Below, one piece after another: positions 1-11,039 of a stretch of 64,000 nt of DNA (positions within the stretch are counted from its first letter, which is position 1; each line of letters starts with the position of its first letter). The notes under the pieces were generated by a model. It was not told the DNA's origin. It made no database searches and saw only the letters and a program-made list of their open reading frames with translations. Both the position numbers and the translations under genes were made by a program. The stretch spans positions 1 to 64,000 of the forward strand of contig FLMG01000727.1 of NCBI GenBank assembly GCA_900088475.1, read 5' to 3'. The DNA comes from Hyphochytrium catenoides (taxonomy: Eukaryota; Protista; Hyphochytriomycota).

Positions 1-77
1 TCTCTCTCTCTCTCTTCTCGCCGTCTCCCCTTCTCGCCGTCTCTCTCTCTCTTCTCGCCGTCTCTCGCTCACTCTCT
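1..77. repeat. CT-rich microsatellite/minisatellite (CTTCTCGCCGTCTC x3 within (CT)n)
   Basis: Directly visible; lies upstream of the mitochondrial carrier gene. Confidence 0.85.
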
Positions 78-409
78 AGCAGGACGACGTGCACATCTCT
101 TATCAGCTTACTCTTCTTCCACTTCCGTTTTGCCACTTTTCATTCTTTCTCCTCTGTCCCTTCCGCATCCTCACCCACCAACCTCTTCGTGCGTGTCAGT
201 CGGAACCCGTCCACTATGTAGAAGGCTACCCAAGGGCCGATGACGAGAGAGATTCAATTTTAGCAGGAGCCATTGTTGGGGAAGGGGACCAAGGTGAGCC
301 AGAGGTCACAGTCCCAGCGGTGATGAGCGCAGAGCTCTCCTTCCTACACTCCGACAACAGCGACTATAACTCCGTTGATCTTTAGAGCGACGACCTTCTC
401 AGAGGCAAC

Positions 410-1989
410 ATGACGGCGGCTCCGACGTCAGGGAGTGGCAGTAGCTTCCTCAGAACCGATAAAGAGGCGTGCTCTGCTTCGTTCGTACCTCTCATGCAGA
501 GCGAAGTGGCACAAAAGTATCTCTTTGGTGGGATGAGCTGTATGGCAGGCGCAGCTGTGACAAACCCCGTGGACGTGGCAAAGACAAGACTGCAAATACA
601 AGGAGAGCTGGGCGCCGTGGTCCAGCAGCATAGAGGAATGATGGCCACAATGCTTCATATAGCGCGACAGGAGGGCATGCTTGCGCTGTGGAAAGGTGCT
701 TCTGCATCTCTCCTACGGGAAGCAACGTACTCAACTATTCGAATGGGATCCTATGAACCGTTTAAGGAAGCCGTGGTTGCTCTTCGGCCGCATGCTCCTA
801 CAGTAAAGGGGGAAGAGGTTTTGACGTTGCAGGAGAAGATTCTCGCAGGCAGCTGCTCAGGAGCTGGTCAGTCTTATTCTGTCTGACTAGATAGCATTCC
901 TCCTCCAAGTTATCGCCCTACCGTTGGCGCATCCGCAGACTTGCTTCTTCTTCCTTACTTTTTGAGTTACGTCTCGCAAGCATTCTGCAAGCGACCCTGC
1001 GTCTCTTAATCCTGGCTGCTCCCTAATCAGTCTGTCAGGGAATGTTGTTTGCCAGTGCAGTCTGCTGTTCTAGGTTGTTGCTTTCCTCCATCTCATATCC
1101 TGTGTAACTCTACTTAGTTGGGGCTCTCCTCACTACTCCGACGGACCTGATCAAGGTGAGGATGCAAGCTTGCTCTGGTACGAATCATGCCACCAAGCGA
1201 TACAGAGGCATCTGGCATGCGGTAACGGAGATCGTAGAGAAAGAAGGAGTCAAACGCTTATACCGCGGGACACTGCCTAATGTTAAAAGAGCCATCCTGG
1301 TAACAGGCTCCCAGCTGCCCAGCTACGATCACTTCAAACACTGGGTTATCAAGCATCACTACTTGGAGGAAGGTAAGACAAATGCTATATCTCTAAGACA
1401 AGGCGTTTGAGGAAAGCAGCTCTTCAGGGTGTAGACGGAAGACTGGCAGAAGTGATGTAAGCGAAGGCTCAGAGAACAATAGATTTCAGGGTTAACGCAT
1501 GCTGAGTCTTCCAGAGCGATTGGTTAGAGAACCTTGGAGAAGGATGTCATTAGTGCATTGGGGTTGAAGAACCTGAGGAGTGCTAACAAGCAGTGTTCCT
1601 GGCAGGGGTGAAGCTGCACTTCCTTTCCAGCGTTGTGGCGGGGTTGGCCTGCGCCATTGTCACAGCGCCCATGGATAATGTTAAGACTCGGATAATGAAC
1701 CAGACTGTATGTGCACAGGGAATGGGGCTCCGCTATAGTGGGGTCTGGGACTGGTGAGTCCTTTATCAAAGCCCGCTTCCCGGAATTGGTGTTATTTGCT
1801 TCCATGCATACTCAGAAGAGGTCTGACTCTTATCATTCTCTTAGCTTAGTAAAGACGGTACGGTCAGAGGGCCCTCTTGGACTCTACAAAGGTTTCCTTC
1901 CCCAGTGGCTACGTATTGGGCCGCATACAATGGTATCTTTTCTGATGTTTGAGCAGCTTCGCAAGCTAGCAGGTATTCGCCCTGTCTAG
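410..1989 (+). CDS. Mitochondrial carrier family (SLC25) protein, UCP/BMCP1/oxoglutarate-carrier-like; 4 exons
   Basis: Exons 410-866, 1118-1372, 1606-1753 and 1845-1989 join in frame through GT-AG introns. Three carrier signatures are present: PVDVAKTRLQ, PTDLIKVRMQ and PMDNVKTRIM, plus EG..LWKG/LYRG/LYKG and WLRIGPHT. Confidence 0.93.
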
Positions 1990-2151
1990 GGTCGGCCCCG
2001 CAAACTGCATTCATGCCACCGCGGACTATAGAAAAATAAATATTATAATGAGTGGTCCTGGCAACTCAACGGTGACTGGCAGCTGAACACAAGGACCATT
2101 TAGGACGTTCGCCATTTGAGACGTTCGCTCCTCTTTCCTTTCGTGGTGTCA

Positions 2152-4129
2152 TCAGGACGTTATTGCAGCCAAAATGCGCGTCGTTGTCTGGCCTCCACTA
2201 TTCTGCAAAGCGGCGCGTGCTCCTTGGCATGCATCTGTACATGGCAAGATCTCATACACGACTTGAACTGGCCAGTGGGTACTAGGCGGGTAGTCCTCAT
2301 AGCGATACTTGACGACTGAAGCATATACCGGACGAACGCGATCATTTGAAAATACCCAGTCCCGGGTGCAAGGCGACTGTGCAGATGAGATGAGAAGAGT
2401 AAAGCATACCAGAAAAGGGTTAAAAGCAAACAACGGACAGCGCTGGGACTTCCTCCTTTGAATCTGTACCTGCACAACACCTTTCTCTGTCTTGGTCGCA
2501 GTATTGGGAAAGGTAACGTCCAATGGAAGATTCAGCACGGTGAAGGGATCCTTCAACCCGACACCTGCCCGGTCAAACACCTGATGGGCAGAGTATCCAT
2601 CGCCCATATCACCTAGCAAGAAAGTCAGCCTCACGTCACCGCCCTCTACCTGGAAAGACAGCACATATTACCTAAAAGAACTAGCGGTTCCGCGCGATCG
2701 GTGTGAACGTCCGACAAGATGCCCCAGATTTTGTCTGCCTCTGTCTTTCTGACGTTCCAGGTAGACTTGAGCTCCTCTACCAAGCACAAGATCGGAAGTC
2801 CAATTGAAGCAGATATGGGAAAGTGAGGTGATGATAAAACCAAAAAGTGCTCAGAAGAGGGAGACGCATCGCGAAGACGGACATCTTTGCCACAAAGGTA
2901 AGGATAATTAGACTCAATAGAAGGGAGAGGGAGAGAGAGGTACGTTTGGCGGAATTTAAGGGACTCAACGGCCTTACCGAAGGATCCTTCGGCAGTCAAC
3001 TTTGCTACTGCAACTAGCACTGTAACATTGCCCAACTCCGGGGCCGTAGATGTCATCCTTATTACCAAGCAGCAGCACAGCACCTATAAGTCAACTCGCC
3101 CCTGAAACTCCCATCTTGCCCAACTCTTACGCACGCGCCCTTATTCATCATTGCTACCTCTAATGTGGATCTTCTTCTTCTTACCTGCACCGCATCCATA
3201 GAACATGTGACGGCTTCGCCGAGGTTGGACGCTTCCCGAACTCTTTGGCTCCATGCTGTACGAGTGAATGGTTGTAGAGTGTGAGGCTGCGACTCCGATC
3301 TGCAAAAGTCTATCCTAACACTTACTGTCTCTACAGTCCAAACTGCTTTGTTATAATAAATAGTTCCCTCGGACTCCCATGCCTAAGGGCAAACAGTGAG
3401 AAAGGTCGGTTGAGAGGTCCTTCGAGGGGCCCACGCTGGACAAGGAAGAAGGGCATTACCTCCTCAGATGTCTCTTGAGGAGACCTTGGTGCCTTTCTAT
3501 AGCGCACTCGATCATGAGTCTTGCTGAGGACATCATCTAAACTCTCCAGAGTCTCCGACGTGAGCTACACCCGTCCGACTTAGTGGCTATCGTGAAAACG
3601 ACTTCTACTGATGAATGAAGTTACCGATTGCAAGCCAAAAAAGTCGGGGCTGAAGACCTTCGCAAACTGCGTGAGACTCTCCTACAAAACAAAGTCAAGG
3701 CACGGTCACACAAGTGATGTTCTTCGCGTTCTCTCCGCTTACCATGCGACGTGAAGATGCTTTAGCAGAGTCATCTAGAGAGAGCGTGACCGTAGAGATG
3801 TATAGAGGTGGATTCGACCTTGAAGATGTTAGTGGGATCTCAAGAGAAAGGCTCGATCGATGGGGCTCCAGAACCCCGGTTGCCACTAAGATAATGGCCG
3901 ATACAGAGAGCGCAAGAAAGAAGAGAATAAGAAAGCGGTGCTTGGGACTAATGCTCCTAGCGACGCGGATGAAAGGATGAAGGATGATAAGCTCGGTGTG
4001 AATCTTGACTTCCTCGTCTCCACTCTGTGTCGCGAGTTCTGCGGTCGGATAGTTGCTATTGCTCCTTTCCCTCCAAGAACAATCCATTGTCCCTGCACCA
4101 TCCCTATCGACAGCGAACTCTGTCATCAT
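2152..4129 (-). CDS. Membrane-anchored endonuclease/exonuclease/phosphatase (EEP, DNase I-like) family protein, probably catalytically degenerate; multi-exon
   Basis: Spliced reconstruction: N-terminal TM (FLILFFLALSVSAIILVATGVL), ...RRM|ESLTQFAKVFSPDFFGLQS|LTSETLES..., PLVLLG|DMG, TFP..., RDWVFSN, PSTHWPV. This is the EEP motif order PDxxxLQE / GDFN / IDYIF / SDHxPV. One internal junction near 2790-2940 is not resolved. Confidence 0.68.
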
Positions 4130-5937
4130 AGCTAGGAGAGGCCAGAATGACGTCCATCAATCGCAGTCAACGTCTTTCCACCTTATGCAGGCCATGAGGC
4201 AGCGGCAGATGGGGTTGTTTCTCCCGAAAATCTGCGTGACCCCTTCCGGCGTTCCCTCCTACTCCGAATTGATACTTCCACCCTATATGAGGGTATCCTC
4301 TGCGCCTCTGAAATGCGTATTAGTCGCCGAATCACTCGTCCTCGGTCTTCAATCTTCAATCTTCAGAAGCAGCAAGCTGCAAGGTGGTGTGGCTCCTGGA
4401 AGAACTCAAGTTCTTATGACCAAGTCGGACAAGCAACATCAAATGAGTTTCATTGTGCAAAAGTAGCCGCTAACCGACAGAGGCTTGACATAGCCGCTAA
4501 CGCATCCTGAGGTTGGAAGGTACTTGTACAGGTACTTCGTGCTTGTAGTAGAAGAAGATGATGATGATTTATTGGTCCCTAATGGTCAATCAAGCTGATG
4601 GTGGTAGCACTAGTAATAGAGCAGCGGCACCACCAATGATCACTACGCAGTCATACTAGTATTGCAGGGGCCACGAAGACGCGAGGATGTTGTTCGTGGT
4701 CTCATCAATCTCTCGGGACAAAGGAGTTGCTCCTCATCTTCGTTCGTGGCCTATTGGAGAAGCGCACGCGTAAAATACAAAGATTACGGTGTGCCAGTAT
4801 TGCTTACTGCTAGATCTGTCGCCACACAAGAGGCGAAGAAGCTGCTGGCCTTAGAAAGAGGTTCAGATAAATATTTCTTCTCCAATTCACATCGTTGCTC
4901 CAGAGATCTATCTGAACCGACATTTGATTGGTTCAGGCAATATCAAATCTTCATGAATCGCACTTGATTCTCATATTTCTTTATCATGATAGAACTAGTC
5001 TCTTCTGCAGACACGCGTGGATTGAAAGATTTAGAACTGCGAGGTGTTCCCAGACGACATTGCGAGCATGCGAAGTCGGTTGTTGTTGCCTGCAATGGGC
5101 CATGAGCTACGAGTGTGTTCTGCATACGGTTGCAAATCACTGCATAGATCTATCACCATGCACGCCGATAAAGGGAGCGAAGTCGTCATCAGGAAGAAGG
5201 TTTGTTTGTACTGTACAGGTGCTCTAGGAAGGAGGAGACGCCAGCAACAACACTGACTACACTTGCTTGTTAGCGCTGGGAGGTTTATGAGTACATTTCT
5301 TAGGTCTCCAGTGAGCATTCTAGGATGTCTGGATGTAGGACTTCATCAAAAGAGAACTCCTCGAGAACTCTTAGTTCTACTACTTGCAAGGCTGATGGTG
5401 AGGGAAGAAGAACCCATACAGAGCCACAGCTACCATCATCATCTTGGTCGTTCTTTCTCTTTCCTCTCAACAGTCAGGCAGAAATAACTCGAGAAAGGCG
5501 TTTTACCATTCTTAGGAATCGCCCAAGTCTTTGGAACATGATGACCCAGGTCCTTGGCTCACTTACCTGCGCACTGGCTCTCTTCCTGACCCCATCACCA
5601 AGCCGCACATTGACAATAGATTTGACCTCTGTCGCACATTATGTGGCCAGCAACTGTCAGAATTGACCATCAGAAAGTTAAGGTCTCTAGGGTTTTCCTT
5701 TGTAAAAAGACATTATTCCTCATTCTTAGCCAATTATTGTTCAGCTTGACATTAGCTCACAGTGAATAGTGGGTTGGTCCGACTCTCCTTGGTTGACAGG
5801 AATAGCGTGGCCTAGGATTGGCTGGTGCCTAAAGATAAACCGCCTTTGGCTCTCAACGGTGTCCCACCTTCCCCCACGACCCAGAGCGTGATGACACTTC
5901 TGATGGGCGTGATGGGCTGTTAGGGTGTGCGGAGGGT

Positions 5938-5940
<3 letters not shown>

Positions 5941-5993
<53 letters not shown>

Positions 5994-5999
5994 GAGAGA
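5941..5999. repeat. (GA)n microsatellite
   Basis: Perfect GA run directly visible. Confidence 0.95.
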
Positions 6000-6862
6000 A
6001 GGAACTGAAGGAACAGAGCGGAAGGGAGGGTTGGAGATGTAGAAGCATAAGTAGCGAGAAGGAGAGCGGGTGACTGAGAGACAGCTTCGTGTCGAGATGA
6101 CGACAGACAGAACCCACAGGGAGTGGCAGACAAGCCAAGTTCACTTGCCAGAGAATAAACAGGAGAAGTCAAAGTCAAGAGAGAGAGAACGAGAGAGAGA
6201 GAAAGAGAGATTGGAGTAAGAGACAAGCTGAGAAAGGAAGGGGATGGGATGGGATGGACGAGGAAGCACAGAGTGATTGATCGCTGAGAGGTAAGGGCAA
6301 CGGCCATACATACACCTTGGTAGTCTAGCCTTGCTAATCTTAGATAGACGCAGCGTCATGGTCGCATCAACTCTTGCCTACTCTGAAGCTTTCTCCCCAG
6401 TCTTTGTGGCTCTGTCACTCGCTTCGTCTCTCTCCCTTGTTCTCTCTGTACTTCTCGTGGTTACCATGCCCTCATCATACATAGCAAACGGGATCCTGCC
6501 CCTTGGCCCTGTCGCTTGCATGGCACATCACGTTGAATTGAGCTTGAGAGACATACACTTTCAAGAAAGAGTGCGTTCAGTGAAGAGCCTTGAGCTACTG
6601 ACGGGCACTTTGTCCAGGCTTGCCTCTTGTTAGACGTCTGCCTTGGCTGCAGCAGATTCACTAGAAGTTAAGCGCTGAAGACTTCACGTAGAAATGTTCA
6701 GTTAGCAAGAACGAGACTCCCTCTTCTAGGCCTCAGACCGACAGAGGCTAGGGAAAGAGAGATCGGCAGCAGATAGAAGCATCAGACTTTAGCACGTACT
6801 CCTTCCTCTTTCACTTCTTCTTCCTCAACCTCCAACGATACAGTGCCCTAGCGCAGAGCAAC

Positions 6863-8272
6863 ATGTTGCAATCAACTCTCTTCCCTTTCATTCTAGCTGG
6901 CGCTTCAGCTCTCCTGGCTCTACCCATCGCCGTCTCTGCAGGAGAGTTCAGTGGGGATGCCACAGTGTATGGACCGACCCTTAGAAGCGCAGGCGAGGCC
7001 TCCGGTTATAACTGCGGCTATTCCTATCTCGCACCCAGTGCAATGAGACTCTACACAGCTATGAACTTGCCCCAATATGCTGGCAGTGCTTCTTGCGGTC
7101 GGTGCGTTAAAGCTTCTTGCGTCAGCGGATGCGGGCCCAATGCTCGGCCAACCACGGTCATGGTGGTAGACAAATGCCCAGAATGCCAGCAGGGAGACTT
7201 AGACTTGTCAAGCGAGGCTTTTGCTGCTATTACTGGAGCAAATCCCGGACGAGTGAAGATCACCTGGGACTGGGCTCCTTGTGGCGATCTGGTGGACGAC
7301 AGCGGCATTAAGATTAAGACTAAAGATGGAGCTAATGAGTTCTGGCTGGCACTGCAGGTCAACAACGCTGCACAAGCCGTCAAGTCCATGACCGTGCAAG
7401 TTAAGGGTATCACCCGTGAGCTAAAGAGAGAGGAGTATAACTATTTCTCTGCTTCCTTCAACGACATCGGAGGCCTCGGCGGGACGAATATCAACGTTAA
7501 AGTGACCTCTACCAATAACGAGGAAGTCTCCGCTACGCTTTCTTCCGTAACTTCCGGCGCCATGACAGAGACACAGAAGCAGTTCTCAGGCGGAAGCGTA
7601 GTAGGTCCTTCCCCAACACCGGCTAGCTTCGTTAGCCCGTCCACTCCCAACAGCCCTCCTCCTGCACCTGCCAGCACCGATCCCCCGCCGTCTGCAAGCC
7701 CTGTACCGACGACTACGACGGCAGCTTCTCCATCAACTGCGCCATCGCCCACAACTGCACCCCCAACGGCGACACCTACCACTCAAGAGACAGGACAGGC
7801 AACAGAAGATCCGGCGATAACAGAGAACTCGGATAATCTGTTGCCGGACAAAGAGCAGGGGGAAGCAGAAGGCGGGCGCGTCAACGCTGGCCTTGAAGGA
7901 TCCATTATTGGTGAATCAGCACCGAGTGAGTCTCAAGGCGGAACAGATAACAAAGCTGGCTCACCAGAAAACCTCGATAGTGGCAGCGACAATGGAGGTA
8001 ACGGCGGTCGAATTGCCGTTGTTGCCGTCCTAATCGTTGGAGCGCTCCTGGTAGCGGTTGCTATGGCTTTCGTAATCTACAAGCAGCATAAGAAGCGGGA
8101 GCAACTGCTGTTTGACAGCTTTCGAAGCCCTTCTGAGGCACTCCCATCTACAAGTGAGAGCTACCTAGTCAATATGACCCCATCCCACGCGCCAGAAGAA
8201 GAATACGATAGGAAGCGGAATGTGGAGGTTGTGGAGGTAGACAACCAGCGGGTCACTATCGCTCAAGTGTGA
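6863..8272 (+). CDS. Expansin-like (EXLX-type DPBB + CBM63) type-I membrane protein; intronless, 469 aa
   Basis: Signal peptide, then FSGDATVYG...NCGY...CGRCVKASC...VVDKCPECQQGDLDLSSEAF (D1/DPBB). D2 reads KTKDGANEFWLALQVNN...KREEYNYF, resembling the Bacillus EXLX1 pattern KEGSSRWWAAIQVRN...YNHF. It is followed by a Pro/Ser/Thr stalk, a TM (IAVVAVLIVGALLVAVAMAFVIY), a KQHKKR stop-transfer and a cytosolic tail. Confidence 0.9.
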   Translation: MLQSTLFPFILAGASALLALPIAVSAGEFSGDATVYGPTLRSAGEASGYNCGYSYLAPSAMRLYTAMNLPQYAGSASCGRCVKASCVSGCGPNARPTTVMVVDKCPECQQGDLDLSSEAFAAITGANPGRVKITWDWAPCGDLVDDSGIKIKTKDGANEFWLALQVNNAAQAVKSMTVQVKGITRELKREEYNYFSASFNDIGGLGGTNINVKVTSTNNEEVSATLSSVTSGAMTETQKQFSGGSVVGPSPTPASFVSPSTPNSPPPAPASTDPPPSASPVPTTTTAASPSTAPSPTTAPPTATPTTQETGQATEDPAITENSDNLLPDKEQGEAEGGRVNAGLEGSIIGESAPSESQGGTDNKAGSPENLDSGSDNGGNGGRIAVVAVLIVGALLVAVAMAFVIYKQHKKREQLLFDSFRSPSEALPSTSESYLVNMTPSHAPEEEYDRKRNVEVVEVDNQRVTIAQV

Positions 8273-9227
8273 TCCATGCCAGCGGAAGTGCTCTACTGAC
8301 TGAGGAGGAGTTTTATATTTTTAGTTGTATGTGCCTGGTCCGTCTTTCGAGGAGGTAGTGTTAGCTTACCGCGTACAAGCAGCTCTTCTCTAGGTGTACC
8401 TGTCCCTGCGTTTATGTGCTATAGATATCTGTCCGTCTGATCAATGCTAACCAGCTGTACGGCTCGCGTTAATAGAGTATATAGTTCTACCCAGTCTTCT
8501 TCTTGATGCGTCTGCGGGATATATTTTCCATCATCCTCAAGAACGGCTATAAGTCGTGGAAGGAGAGAACCCTTCTACCAAGTGCATGGCTGAGCGGGTG
8601 GAAAGTTCGTCGTTCTCAGATCCTCATCATGAGACAAGGTGCGGGCGGCACTCAGCGCCCACATAATCCTAGGCGCCGGCTGCCGATGACATCGACAAGA
8701 GAACCAGGTATGGGAGTTAATAGTCTGAACGATGGCCGTAGACGATGAGACCAAGTGATGAGTGAAGAGACATGATCAAAGCTTCCGCTCAGGAGTGCCA
8801 TATAGGGTATCTAGGTTAGCCCTGAGTCGATTTATGGATACCTTGGTGGGCGCTGCAAGTGCAACTTCAGCTGCAACTTCCACAATGATGTCTGATGTCC
8901 TTTCATACGTGCTTCTTCTCTTGTCTCCTCTCAACACTGGCGGCGGCCTGCCCTAGAGCTAGAGCCTGCTGGTGGCTGGCGACGGCTGGAGATGAACTGA
9001 GAAAGCACAAAGAGCGCGTGAAGTGTAGCGATCAGGGATGATAAGGTCATCCTCTACTAGTAGATCTTTGAGAGGGTAAGCAGGACGGCAGCGCAGGTAG
9101 AGCTGGGTCTCATATATCCGCGGGATGGCACCGTCGATGGTAGTCAGGCAGACCTGCCGACGCTGACAAGATATTATAAACCTCGCTCGGACATTAGATT
9201 ACGCCTTAGGTATACTCCGCGGGCTGT

Positions 9228-10924
9228 ATGGGGCTTTGCACGTCCTCGAAGGAGGACTATCAGCTCCTCTCCCAGCGTGTACCGACGGGCCATCGTCGGC
9301 TCTTCGACTTTGGTGGCTCCTCACCTCAAGGTCGCCATGGCACGAACCTCGCCAACCAAGAGCCCATCCTTCGCCATTACACCATGGGAAAGAAAATTGG
9401 TAAGACATCGTACGCTCTTAGAAATTCTTCTCATATCGAAGAGGTTTCAATTCCAATCCTCTACGCCTAACTTTTGTCGCCGTGGCCGCAACTGATAAGG
9501 TGGTGGAAGCTTTGCGAAGGTCTTCGAGGCTGTGGAGGTAGTCTCTGGGCGGAAGGTTGCTGTTAAGTGCTTCCCACGACGGACGATGAGCGTGGAAGAT
9601 GACCAAAGAGTAGGGAGGGAGGTGGATGCCCTCGCTAGCCTCAGTCACCCCAACATCGTCAGGTTTGTGGCCTACTACATAGATAATACTCATCATTACA
9701 TAGGTGAGAATGGGGACGGGGGTAGATCATAACGAGGGGAATCTCTCTTCTCTTCTCTGGTACTCACCTAAGCTATCCTCAACTATCTAGCTATCCATCC
9801 GCCTCACTAGCTGCTCCTTTCTTACGCGACCTCTAGGTTTTCCCTTACATGATATGCTCCACTTGAGTCTTCCACATCAATGTGTGCCCTGGGTTTTCTC
9901 TCTGTCTTTCTCTCTTCTATATGGGCCTTGTCGCCTTATTTCTTTCGTGCATCCAAGTGAGCTCTGCTCCTTCAAACCCTCCACCCCACTGTTTGGGGTC
10001 TTCATGATGTTATTGCTATGCTCCTTACATCTTGTGTGAAGTGATGGAGCTCGTGACAGGAGGTGAGCTCTTTCACCGGCTTAGGGAAAAGGGCTTTCTC
10101 CCAGAAGAGGAGGCTAGAACCATCGTCCAGGAGCTTGTGGAGGCGATAGCTTATATTCACAGAGAAGGCTTCGTCCACCGAGACCTCAAGCCAGAGAATA
10201 TACTGCTGACCTCGAATCCTGAGCAAGAAGGAACTCTAATCAAGCTGACGGATTTCGGTTTCGCGGAGCGTCTGATGGAAAACGCTCTGACTTTGCCAGT
10301 TGGTTCTCCCCTGTACGCTGCGGTAGGTGTCTACTAGGCGGTTGGAGGATGAATGTAATGTAGTAGAAAGTCCTTACCAATGTCTCATTCTATCCTTTAG
10401 GTCTAGAGTTTGCTCCTTCGCTCTTCGCTTACATATTTGTCTCTCTCGTTGATGCTCCTTCGTGAAAGCTCGATCGAACGCCACTGCCGTTGCCCTTGTC
10501 TTACGCTTTCTGCTGTTCAGCCAGAGCTAGCTCAAGGGTCACCTTACGGAAAAGCGGTGGACATCTGGAGCCTAGGAATCATCACTTACACCATGCTAGC
10601 AGGTTATCCTCCTTTTTTGGAGGAGGGAGGTGTCGTAAGTGCTCTCGCTTTCTTAAAAAAAAGAAGGACGTTGTCTCATTGTTGAATCTGTTTTAAATTT
10701 CTTAGCTGGCTATCTGGCAAGGCAAAGAACACGACCTCAATTTCTCCCCTCTCCCGTTCTCGGAAGTTTGTTCTGATGCCAAAGACTTCATTCAAAGAAC
10801 ACTGATCGTCAACCCAAACGAGCGGGCAACAGCTGAGCAGCTACGGCATCACAACTGGGTTAGCTCAGAGTCAAGAGCAAGACAGGAGGACAATTCCTTA
10901 GAAGGTACACTGTCACAGCAGTAA
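9228..10924 (+). CDS. CAMK-group Ser/Thr protein kinase with N-terminal MGxC acylation motif; 5 exons
   Basis: Exons 9228-9399, 9500-9703, 10042-10322, 10521-10634 and 10706-10924. Motifs: [42 protein letters not shown]|PE, DIWSLG, GYPPF, AKDFI...R.TA.Q...H.W. Confidence 0.93.
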
Positions 10925-11039
10925 AAGTCTTCAAAGATGTTATATATTTAACGTTTGTCTTTAAACACCGCATAAATAATAAGTGTGAAACTGAAACGCA
11001 TCAACAGTGAACCCTTTCGCCCCCTACGCACACCAAAGG

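Noticed and set aside
89-385. 98-aa ORF upstream of the mitochondrial carrier
   Set aside because: It has a GTG start and no domain, and overlaps what looks like a 5' UTR intron (AAG|GTGAGC...CTTCTCAG).
8755-8825. Box C/D snoRNA candidate (GTGATGA...CTGA); a similar one at 22459-22513
   Set aside because: No convincing terminal stem or rRNA-complementary guide was recognised, and such motif pairs occur by chance. It would need snoscan/Infernal.
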